Below are positions 32,334 to 40,947 of a stretch of DNA of 64,000 nucleotides, piece after piece. A program made the translations under genes and the position numbers. The number at the start of each line of letters is the position of its first letter. Within the stretch, counting starts at the first letter, position 1. The notes below the pieces were generated by a model, which saw nothing but the letters and a program-made list of their open reading frames with translations, searched no databases and was not told where the DNA came from. The stretch covers positions 1-64,000 of IMG/VR virus record IMGVR_UViG_3300034198_013268. One strand, 5' to 3'. The DNA comes from a virus.

Positions 32334-34393
32334 TTACCCAATCCTAGTATCTTTAAGAACGTAGCGCGAGAAGACGAAAGCATATCGAGTCTATTTTTAA
32401 ACATGCTTCCAACTATCTGTAGGTGAACCTTGTCAGAACCGCTCAGCGCGCCATCTATGACTAGTCTTTGACGCATTTCTTCAAAGTCAAATTCTTTAGC
32501 CCTGCTGATTAACTTGTCAAACATTAGTACAGCTTGTTTTCTTTGCTCGAGTTTTAACTTTTCAAAATGCTGTCTATACATATTTCTGAGGTCATCCTCA
32601 AAAAAATCTTGCATTTCTCTTCTGATTCTAGCCCTGTTAGACGATGCCGTTCCTTCTGCAAGTCCAGCCATAGGATTTATGGAAGCAATGGCGTGCATCT
32701 TGCCACGTACGTTTACGGGCGCAATAGTTGAAGGGTTTCTTTTGTATGTGTCAAGAAGCCAGTCTGACATTGCTATTCCAAGAACTTCTCCAGCTGGTAT
32801 CTGTGTGGCGTCAATAATTCTATTCTGAGAACCTGACTGAATTGCGTCTTGAGCTTCAGAAATCAAGTAAGAACGACGAGCTCCAGTTCCTGTAACTCTA
32901 ACTTTTGGAGCTATTAAACCCATATATCTTTGCAGCTCTGAAGAAACGGATGCGCCTATGTGGTCATATTGATGTGTTGGGGCTATTTCAAATATTGTTT
33001 GACCATCAGCTCTTTCATGAAGAGTGACGCCGTTTTTAATTTTTCCTGTTTTGTACAGCTTGCTGCGCTTTAAAGCTTCGGCTCTTATTCCGGGAGCAAC
33101 AAACTCTATAGACCCATTATTGTTCAAGTGCCTTACGGCACCGGACAAATCATCTATTTTTTCTACTGGTGTAGGGGTATTGGATGATTCTGCACGTCCT
33201 TCTACGTGACGATTTTTAGGGTTTTTAAGGTAAAAAGATTCGTAGTGCCAACGGCGTATGCGTGTTTTTGTATTGCTGCCTGGAAGCTTTACTTCAATTA
33301 CCTCATTAGGGTCATCAATGTTAGGGAAGTTTTCGGAGTACCTAATGGCATCTTCCATCTCCGAGGCTACGTATCTAAGACGTGCAGCGGGGTCTCTGCT
33401 GTTGTTTATTTCAGCAGCAACATTTACCGTCTTGCCAAGCTTGCGTCTTTCACCAACGGTAAGCGGTCTAGCTTTTTCTATATTTAGTGTTCCGCCGCCT
33501 TTAAGTACGTAGCTTATTTTATTAATACCAGTATTGGACAAGAGACCGAGTTCTTCAACGCCTATATTTTTTGCATCAAATGCTGTCGTTACGTACGTAG
33601 CCCCCTCCATGTCCCTGTTGTCAGGGATTGTTCTCAGAACGCCAGCCGAAACTACTGGTTCCAAAACAAAACCATCTCGTCTAATCATTCTTGTGGTCGG
33701 AACGTCTATCCCAGACATAGCTTCAAGAATTGTTTTAGTAGCAGAAAGATTTGCATTTCTATTAAATGCTGAAACTTTTGGAATTTGCGGCGCTCTTGAT
33801 TGAATAACTTCACCCGATATATTGAGCGGTTTTACAAGTTCTCCACCTGGTGTTCCATTGCCGCCTCTACCGCCCGCGTTACGCAGGGCATTTCCTATTG
33901 CCTGCCCAATTATGTGAGGGAAATCAAAAAGCTGTTTTCCACAAGTTGAATAAGTTGCGTCAGTAAATCTTCCGCCAAATTGAAAGCCTTCTGGGCATCT
34001 AAAACCACGAGTGGGTTTGCCTGAAAAAAAATGCGGAGTTGGGTGCCTTGGTATTCCGTTGGGTGTTACGGCCTGCCATCCAACGGAACGCGCGGGGTTT
34101 CTTGCTACCGAGGCGTTTCCAGGGGTTATTATACTTCCAGCGGACTGAAGACCTTGCAATATTCCGCTATCAGAAGTAATTGTTCCAACTTTTACGTCGT
34201 AGTTTCTTGTTCCACCATTTCTCTGCATTGCGCATTTAAAAGCTACGGCGTTTGCGCTGTTGTCAAGAGCACGCATAGGAGCATAGAAAGCATTTGGATG
34301 CTGTATTGCAAGCGTCGGCGAAAAGAACCTAGTTCTATAAAATGAAATTTCTGATTTTTGCTCGCAGCAATTAGAAAGAGATACTGTCTTCAT
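32330..34393 (-). CDS. 687-aa protein with degenerate HipA/PI3-PI4-kinase-like C-terminus
   Basis: FRCPEGFQFGGRFT motif; MGLIAPKVR...SDWLLDTYKRNPSTI resembles D.L..N.DR...N with the Asp replaced. Confidence 0.6.
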   Translation of the reverse strand: MKTVSLSNCCEQKSEISFYRTRFFSPTLAIQHPNAFYAPMRALDNSANAVAFKCAMQRNGGTRNYDVKVGTITSDSGILQGLQSAGSIITPGNASVARNPARSVGWQAVTPNGIPRHPTPHFFSGKPTRGFRCPEGFQFGGRFTDATYSTCGKQLFDFPHIIGQAIGNALRNAGGRGGNGTPGGELVKPLNISGEVIQSRAPQIPKVSAFNRNANLSATKTILEAMSGIDVPTTRMIRRDGFVLEPVVSAGVLRTIPDNRDMEGATYVTTAFDAKNIGVEELGLLSNTGINKISYVLKGGGTLNIEKARPLTVGERRKLGKTVNVAAEINNSRDPAARLRYVASEMEDAIRYSENFPNIDDPNEVIEVKLPGSNTKTRIRRWHYESFYLKNPKNRHVEGRAESSNTPTPVEKIDDLSGAVRHLNNNGSIEFVAPGIRAEALKRSKLYKTGKIKNGVTLHERADGQTIFEIAPTHQYDHIGASVSSELQRYMGLIAPKVRVTGTGARRSYLISEAQDAIQSGSQNRIIDATQIPAGEVLGIAMSDWLLDTYKRNPSTIAPVNVRGKMHAIASINPMAGLAEGTASSNRARIRREMQDFFEDDLRNMYRQHFEKLKLEQRKQAVLMFDKLISRAKEFDFEEMRQRLVIDGALSGSDKVHLQIVGSMFKNRLDMLSSSRATFLKILGLGK

Positions 34394-35069
34394 CCAATGG
34401 TACCATTCTTGTTTTTTCTACTTCGTATCCATGTTCATGTTCCCAGTTGTCATCATCACAGATGTTTTTGACAAATGCTGGTTCCATAGCTATAAAATCT
34501 GAAAGCACCGTATATGCATGTTCCCAGTCTGCTTCTGTCACAACAGGGCTAAAAGTTTCATCAGGAGACTCAATGCCCATAAAAGCTAATGACTTTTTTC
34601 CTTCTCTAGATGTAAGTTTTCTGAGTCTATTATCAAAATCTTTATCCGACCAAAGACTACCATGTATGCCTTTTTTTAGTTTCTTACGGCAGTTCTTCAT
34701 ACCTGGATGATGACATCCTTCATTAGGCCACAACCCGGTGGTTTCATGGTGCAACCAAGCACAAATATTATTCAACGGGTAAAGCTCAGGATGGTCAGCC
34801 AAAATTACGCGACACCTACGGAAGCCGCCTTCCTTGCGCATGATTGGACGCCAATAACGGAGAAGGCGCTCAAGGTTGCCACGGCGAGGACCATAGCCAT
34901 GCAATACGTCTCCGGAGACCCGTTCCTGAGGAAGAGTATCTGGTACAGCGTTGCTTCCAGTGGGGATTCTGTCACCCATTGCGTTCATTAGGTTCTGGAC
35001 TCTATCTCCGGCTTTTTCCTCATTAGTAATAACTATTTTTGAGTTCATCAGAGTATTGATGATGTCCAT
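34371..35069 (-). CDS. Head-module hypothetical protein
   Basis: GNLERLLRYW...GGFRRC...ICAWLHHETTGLWP resembles a small domain of actinophage head/protease proteins (from memory). Confidence 0.7.
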   Translation of the reverse strand: MDIINTLMNSKIVITNEEKAGDRVQNLMNAMGDRIPTGSNAVPDTLPQERVSGDVLHGYGPRRGNLERLLRYWRPIMRKEGGFRRCRVILADHPELYPLNNICAWLHHETTGLWPNEGCHHPGMKNCRKKLKKGIHGSLWSDKDFDNRLRKLTSREGKKSLAFMGIESPDETFSPVVTEADWEHAYTVLSDFIAMEPAFVKNICDDDNWEHEHGYEVEKTRMVPLDEDSISF

Positions 35070-35143
35070 AAAATTGGCCTTTGCTGGATTGTTTCTTTTA
35101 TTAATTGTACGCGCTTATATGTGCGTACTGTAAGTGTCAATAG

Positions 35144-35491
35144 TTAAATTGAGGAATTGCGGAATATGTCTTTCACCCCAAGGTGTAGTCCATTTATAGC
35201 AACGTGTACCTTTTCATTATAGGGGTTGTACTCTTCCTCAGGCATACCATCGAGTCCTGTACCAAAGTATTTATCTCTCCACTTTTGGTCATCCCAGCGT
35301 TCCGACCATAACTCCTGCTGAGTGGTTGTAACTTCTAGTTTTTCAAGGTCCGACCTGTTGTGGGCAAAATCCCAGAAAGGAACTACGGTTTCTTTTGAAC
35401 CTATTTTTACTACTCCATTGTAGTCAATGGCTCCTGGAACAAAATAGAGGGTTGAGCCATCTCCAAATTTGCCAACAAGTACTTTTTTCAT
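35144..35491 (-). CDS. 115-aa hypothetical protein coupled to the upstream giant ORF
   Basis: ATGA overlap with the 1731-aa gene. Confidence 0.75.
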   Translation of the reverse strand: MKKVLVGKFGDGSTLYFVPGAIDYNGVVKIGSKETVVPFWDFAHNRSDLEKLEVTTTQQELWSERWDDQKWRDKYFGTGLDGMPEEEYNPYNEKVHVAINGLHLGVKDIFRNSSI

Positions 35492-38400
35492 GCTGAAGTA
35501 CTCGATTTCCTTGAGTTGAGTACTCTTTCCATCTCTTGAGCAATTTTTTCTTTTATTTCATCCTGAAGATTAAGACGGATTGCTTTTTCCGCATCCGCAG
35601 ATTTTGGCGCTCTTGAATTATGTGTGCTTGGGGAAAATACGTCTAAGCCGGCCTGGTTTTTAACGGTTAGTCCAATCCCCTTGCCGTCAAGATATTCTTT
35701 AAAATTCTTTGCAGCCATGAATGTTTCTAGTCTTTTCATGTTTTCGGGGATGTAATTAGCTTCACGGAGGTTTTTTACAGCATCTAGTTTTGCCGAAGAT
35801 GTAATGCCCATTTTGAGTATTGCATCATCAGAAAGAGGGTCTTCTTTAAAATTGGCAAAAGACTTAGGTATAGCGTTGTAATCTATAGCTACGTGTTCTA
35901 TTTCTTCTGGTTTTACACCGCCGAGGGTTAAGGACTCCATGGGTGCGTGTGTTCTCTCTGTAATTTCCGAACCGTCCGTGTTTCTGCCAGGACGAGTTCT
36001 GTGCGCAGAGAAGTCTTTTTTCCATTTTCCGTAAAGCATTTCAAGCGGGCTTATGTTCCATGTGTCATCGGATTTAACGCCATCGTGCCCGGAATGTATC
36101 AATGCTTGCTGTATCAGCTCAGAGTTATCTGAGTTCATCCCAACAGGTCTAATGTGGTCATTTACGGCATCTCCGTACCCATAAGAGGTTCTAGCAGATA
36201 CCTCTGGTCTTAATGTTAACTCAACGTCTCCGTATGTATCTACTCGGCCGCGAACACCATTGGTAGAGGGGGCAAATTCTGGGCTATACCTCTGCGGGTC
36301 AGTTCGTCCTGTTTGTGTCAATCGGTCAGCAGAGTCTTTCAACTCACTTTCAAGCCAGTCTTGATGAACTACATGACCGGAGATTGGACGCATTTCTTCT
36401 GGGGTGTCTGGGTGGATACCAATCCAGGCTTCATATTTTTTGCGAATGTTGTTTCCTGTAGCGTTTTTTCTAGCAACTCCAGAATCAATAACGTTTTTTA
36501 TAGATGCGGAAGGAACTTGTATGCGCACGCGAGGGTCTATGCCGGCGTGAAACTCATTTGCTGCAATTCGAACATCCCTAGCTAATGCTTCTTCGCTTGA
36601 GTTGGCTATGTACTTCATGAAATCAGGGTCGAGTCCGCTTAGTTCGTTTAACATCCCACGGTCAGGGCCGTCTATGTTTGGATATCTATCGCTTGGGTGA
36701 ATGGGTGAAACATTTTCACCATTTGCTAAAGCCTTGATGTGAGATATTCTCTTTGTCAAGCTGTCTGCATAAGGAGTTCTGCGTGTCTGTAGTGTCTGAA
36801 CTGGGAGGGTTGAAGCACCACGCAAAGGACCGTTTATCTCATCTGCATACTTTGTACCTACGTCAGTTCCAAATGAACCACCTTTTTTAACGATGGCTTC
36901 TTTGGCATTTTCATTTCTTTGTGCAACCGACGATGCTGACATTTTCCCAGAAATATTCGAAGAAATTGGCTCGTTTTCGACAGAATCAATTTTACTCCCG
37001 GCGTGAAAACGACGTAAATCATTGTTCCATTCAAATACGTTTAACCCCACTTGCGGCGTGCGCATAATGCTGGATTCAGGTATTTCATATTCAGTTATTT
37101 TTCCGCCAGCCTCTGTGTAAGCTTCGTCAAATGACTTCTTTTTATCTGTATTTCTAAGCTTTAAGAATTTTTTAACATCAAGAGTTGAGTCGTCATGTTT
37201 TACCCCTACTAAACGGCCATTTTTATTAACGTGCTTGCCACGTTCTGCTGCTACCTTGAGGTCGTCTACTGTTTCTCTTGAGACAAATACGGTGTTGTCA
37301 AAAATTGATTCAGCACCTTTTTCTCCATCATTGGTTATTGTCGTTCCAGTAACTGGGTTTTTTTGACGATGCAGTTTTCCGTCAGGCATTAGAGAGTATT
37401 TTGAACCATTCTCCGTAGTGAATGACTTCATTTTTCCAGAAACGCCTTGTTCGTAATTGGCCATTTCTTTTTCATAGCGCTGCATATCGTCTTGATATTG
37501 TTTGCGTTTTTGTTCAACTATTCTTGGAATAGAATCAACATCAAGTAAACCTTGAGGAGTGTCCGGGTTAGTAGCGGCTCGTTCAAGTATGCGCTGGACA
37601 ACCTCTGCGGAAGCAAGTGCATCGGCGTCTGCCGTATGCCAACCACTTCCAAGGTTTACATCAAGATATTCAGCTAAAGGACCCAGGGAACTTGAGGCTT
37701 TTTTGGTCCCATCTTTTGCTACCTGTACGGGTCCGTCGGGGTTTTCTGGAGTCCATCTTGGCAGTAGCTCATCTGAAAGCGCTTTGCTGTCTATGACTCC
37801 AGCAGGAGTAAAACTCATGCCTTCTTGTGCAAGTACCCTATTGAGAACTTCTAGGTCAAATGGAGTGTACTGACCGCCAAGAATAGGGTTTTCGCCCATG
37901 AATGCAATAAGTTCTTCGTGTGCTTGTTTTATAGTTTTTTGCTGTGCAAGGTAAGCATCCGTAAGTGGTTCTTGAAGGTCGTTTTTAAGATTTCCTTGAG
38001 CCCATTCTCCCAATGGGATACCTGGATTCATAAAGACATTAAATCTATCTATGACTTTCCCACCACGCATACGAACAGCGCCAAGCTGTACAGGCATGTT
38101 TCCATCGGCACCAAATCCTGTAGTTTCGTAATCAAAGTAAATAATGTCTAGCTTGTTATATCTATCGAGCATCTCTTGATAGCTTTTACACCCTCTAAAA
38201 ATGTCAATTAGAGAACCCGTCATTGGGCCATTATCAGGCTCTCTTGGGCGCGTTGGCTTTGATGCCATCTTCCCAACTATCCCACTAGAAGCGGTCCTGC
38301 GTTTCTGTTGGCTATTTCTGTTTACGGCACTTCTGACCCTATTTGCGTGCAGTGAGTCTCTTTGAAGTTGTTGACCGGTACCCATATGCCCGGAAATATT

Positions 38401-40683
38401 CCATTGACCTGGTGATATGCCATTCATCCGCTGGCCGATGTCGTTTATTTCCCCGCGTATGCGTGGTTCTTCTGCGGCAACATGTGCCAGCCATTGACCG
38501 TGCAATGCATGTGCTGGGCTCATTGGTACAAAATTTTCGCTTGGGTATTTTTTTCTGTAGCTTGCTTGTAATTTTGCATCAATAAAAGAATCAACAATGT
38601 TTTTTGTTCCAGCTTTTTGAGGAACTGGAACTACTGGTTGACTACCGCCAAGCTGCCCTCTCAAAAGTCTACTGATACCCATGCTTGTTTTTGGTCCAGT
38701 GCTTGGGTCCATGGTTGACTCGCCAAAAAGTCTCATAGTTGCAAAGTACTCTGCTCTTGCTTCTACGTTATTTGATTTTGCATAATCGCCACCGGCAAGT
38801 TCTGCCATTACTGCATGTTCTTCAGGAGTTACGTTAATGTTGTTAACAAAAGCATCGGTGAAGTTATTATGAAAATTAGCAAGGTCTGTTTCTAGGTCTA
38901 TTCTTCTATGACCAACTCTTCCTCCTGTATAATTGCCAGTTTGAAGATTAAATGCAGCCTGCCTAATGGCATCAATACTTGGATGATTCATCGGATTTTG
39001 TATTTTTGACAAATCGATTTGCCATCCTCCAACTTCTACGTTGGGCCTTCTTGAAGTAGCAGGACCTGCTGGGTTTAATGTTCTGAAAGCTGGGTTAATT
39101 CCACCATTTGGCAAGATTCCGTACCTGGTAAGTTGTTGATTATCTAGACCAAGAGCATTTAGTTTATTGCCAAAATCCAGCAAGTGTCCAAACTCGTGAG
39201 TTGCTAGATAATGAGCTTTCCCTTCAAATGAGTGAAGTCTGCCGCTGGCATTGTGAAACTGATTATACGCACTGTTTTCACCTCTGCAAAAAGCAAGCAG
39301 AGCGGCTGGGTTTATCTCCATCGTTACATGGACTCCGCCTTGGGCTGCCGAGTTGGCTTTTTTTGCTGCTGCTGTTGCGGCTACACCCGCAGACCTTCCG
39401 CCAGAAAGAATGCTCGGGGCAAAAGGTTTGACGCTTATTGCAACTGCAGTAGAAGAATCACCATCTATTTTATCAACGATGCTTAATCTTGTCATCCATC
39501 TGGCTGCATCTGGATTATTGAGCATTTCATTAATTTGCCCTTCCCAGAATGTTGTCATTATTTTTTTAGCTTGTCGGTGTTCAAAAAAACTTAACCCGCC
39601 AGGGAGGGCATTTTCAAATGCTTCGTCTATTTCGTTTGGGTCGACATTGGGCAAAAGTTGCGTCATGATATTCATGAAGTTCTCTTTTATTGATATGTCG
39701 CCAATCTCATGATAAGTACCGCTAGCATCAGGAAAAAGCTGTTTTAAACGTTGTCTGCTAATTCCGCCTTTGGGAGCGTCTCTAGCATCTCCAGTAAATT
39801 GATAGTGTAGGTGTTGCGCCTGGGAAGTCAGGATTCTCCCGCGTAGTATTCTTTCTTGTTCCGACAATTTATGGCTAGTTACGCCAATTACGGAACCCTT
39901 AATGTTTTTTCTTTGTTCCCTTGAACTCCCTTGCATTGCTCCAACAATGCCGTACTCGCCCAGTGCTGTTCTGATTCTACTTCCAACAGGCATCGAAGCC
40001 ATTATTGATTCAAGTTCTTCTGGAGCAGCTATCCTTTCGCCCGAAGCGCTATAACGTGTAACGTTTGGCCCCCCATTTTCTATTCTGTCTCCGATTTGCC
40101 CTGACATTTGAGCAGAAGCGGTCATGCCTCTACGAACTGCTCTTCTTGCTGAACCTGCGGCTGTTTGTGGTGTAACAATAAAGCAGTTACTGCCCGTTAT
40201 GTCGGTGAACTGGTTTGCTGCTGGAGTCCCTGGAGGGCAGCGCAATTTATTCTTGTCATCAACCCATAGTCCTCGTCCTTGCGCTACTCGGCTAAGTAGC
40301 GTGGGCATGCTTTCTTTTAGCTTGGGGCCAAGTGATTTAAAATCAAATTCATCGAGACTTTTAAATGATGGCGATTTTCTATTGCGCCAAAACTCATCAG
40401 TAACATAGTTTTCATATTCATGAAGTTCGTTTGTACCAGCTTTGCAAAGAAATAGGTTCTTGCCTGGCGGTACAAGCGGTATCGGGTCGCCTTGTTCCCA
40501 CGTTTTTATGTACTCTTCGTATGGATTGGCAAAATTGGATTCTTTTTCAGCACCTTCTTCTTTTTTGGAAGACGGTGGAGAATCTTTTTTTATTTCATCA
40601 GGCACGCTCTTGACTAACGACCCATTATTGGCCGCAAATCTTTTTAGTGCTTTATTAGCAAATGAATCTTTGTCCCAGCTCAC
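35488..40683 (-). CDS. 1731-aa polyvalent protein: zincin metallopeptidase, DEDDh (DnaQ-like) exonuclease, DUF3626-like domain
   Basis: THEFGHLLD plus YAKSNNVEARAEYF; FDYETTG...PFDL...HTADADA; RPISG...YGDVEL.LRPEV..RTSY..GD; five linkers. Confidence 0.88.
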   Translation of the reverse strand: MSWDKDSFANKALKRFAANNGSLVKSVPDEIKKDSPPSSKKEEGAEKESNFANPYEEYIKTWEQGDPIPLVPPGKNLFLCKAGTNELHEYENYVTDEFWRNRKSPSFKSLDEFDFKSLGPKLKESMPTLLSRVAQGRGLWVDDKNKLRCPPGTPAANQFTDITGSNCFIVTPQTAAGSARRAVRRGMTASAQMSGQIGDRIENGGPNVTRYSASGERIAAPEELESIMASMPVGSRIRTALGEYGIVGAMQGSSREQRKNIKGSVIGVTSHKLSEQERILRGRILTSQAQHLHYQFTGDARDAPKGGISRQRLKQLFPDASGTYHEIGDISIKENFMNIMTQLLPNVDPNEIDEAFENALPGGLSFFEHRQAKKIMTTFWEGQINEMLNNPDAARWMTRLSIVDKIDGDSSTAVAISVKPFAPSILSGGRSAGVAATAAAKKANSAAQGGVHVTMEINPAALLAFCRGENSAYNQFHNASGRLHSFEGKAHYLATHEFGHLLDFGNKLNALGLDNQQLTRYGILPNGGINPAFRTLNPAGPATSRRPNVEVGGWQIDLSKIQNPMNHPSIDAIRQAAFNLQTGNYTGGRVGHRRIDLETDLANFHNNFTDAFVNNINVTPEEHAVMAELAGGDYAKSNNVEARAEYFATMRLFGESTMDPSTGPKTSMGISRLLRGQLGGSQPVVPVPQKAGTKNIVDSFIDAKLQASYRKKYPSENFVPMSPAHALHGQWLAHVAAEEPRIRGEINDIGQRMNGISPGQWNISGHMGTGQQLQRDSLHANRVRSAVNRNSQQKRRTASSGIVGKMASKPTRPREPDNGPMTGSLIDIFRGCKSYQEMLDRYNKLDIIYFDYETTGFGADGNMPVQLGAVRMRGGKVIDRFNVFMNPGIPLGEWAQGNLKNDLQEPLTDAYLAQQKTIKQAHEELIAFMGENPILGGQYTPFDLEVLNRVLAQEGMSFTPAGVIDSKALSDELLPRWTPENPDGPVQVAKDGTKKASSSLGPLAEYLDVNLGSGWHTADADALASAEVVQRILERAATNPDTPQGLLDVDSIPRIVEQKRKQYQDDMQRYEKEMANYEQGVSGKMKSFTTENGSKYSLMPDGKLHRQKNPVTGTTITNDGEKGAESIFDNTVFVSRETVDDLKVAAERGKHVNKNGRLVGVKHDDSTLDVKKFLKLRNTDKKKSFDEAYTEAGGKITEYEIPESSIMRTPQVGLNVFEWNNDLRRFHAGSKIDSVENEPISSNISGKMSASSVAQRNENAKEAIVKKGGSFGTDVGTKYADEINGPLRGASTLPVQTLQTRRTPYADSLTKRISHIKALANGENVSPIHPSDRYPNIDGPDRGMLNELSGLDPDFMKYIANSSEEALARDVRIAANEFHAGIDPRVRIQVPSASIKNVIDSGVARKNATGNNIRKKYEAWIGIHPDTPEEMRPISGHVVHQDWLESELKDSADRLTQTGRTDPQRYSPEFAPSTNGVRGRVDTYGDVELTLRPEVSARTSYGYGDAVNDHIRPVGMNSDNSELIQQALIHSGHDGVKSDDTWNISPLEMLYGKWKKDFSAHRTRPGRNTDGSEITERTHAPMESLTLGGVKPEEIEHVAIDYNAIPKSFANFKEDPLSDDAILKMGITSSAKLDAVKNLREANYIPENMKRLETFMAAKNFKEYLDGKGIGLTVKNQAGLDVFSPSTHNSRAPKSADAEKAIRLNLQDEIKEKIAQEMERVLNSRKSSTSA

Positions 40684-40701
40684 CGGAATTCCTCCAGATG
40701 A

Positions 40702-40947
40702 CTAGACTGCCGGCTCTGTGCTGTTGTCCTCTGGCGCTGTGTTTGCTTCAGCTACTACAACTTCTTCGACTGCGGCCTCTACGACCACAACCTCTTCAGC
40801 TACGGCAGAAACAGCTTCTTCCACTACTGCAACAACAACTTCTTGAGTTTCGGCTTTTTTACGCTTTTGTTTTTCTACTGGAGCAGCTTGGGCTACGGCC
40901 TGTGATGCCTTTTTAGCTTCGCGTTCTTCAGGGGTGAGTTTTCTCAT
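40702..40947 (-). CDS. Small Ala/Glu/Val-rich protein
   Basis: GGAGG RBS, TAATG coupling, low complexity. Confidence 0.7.
   Translation of the reverse strand: MRKLTPEEREAKKASQAVAQAAPVEKQKRKKAETQEVVVAVVEEAVSAVAEEVVVVEAAVEEVVVAEANTAPEDNSTEPAV

Noticed and set aside
10682-39936. GxM linker as a DNA repeat or internal ribosome-binding site (GGA AAA ATG)
   Set aside because: All four Gly codons are used, the x codon varies, and GGA is only 3 nt from ATG; a protein-level motif fits better, though internal starts are not formally excluded
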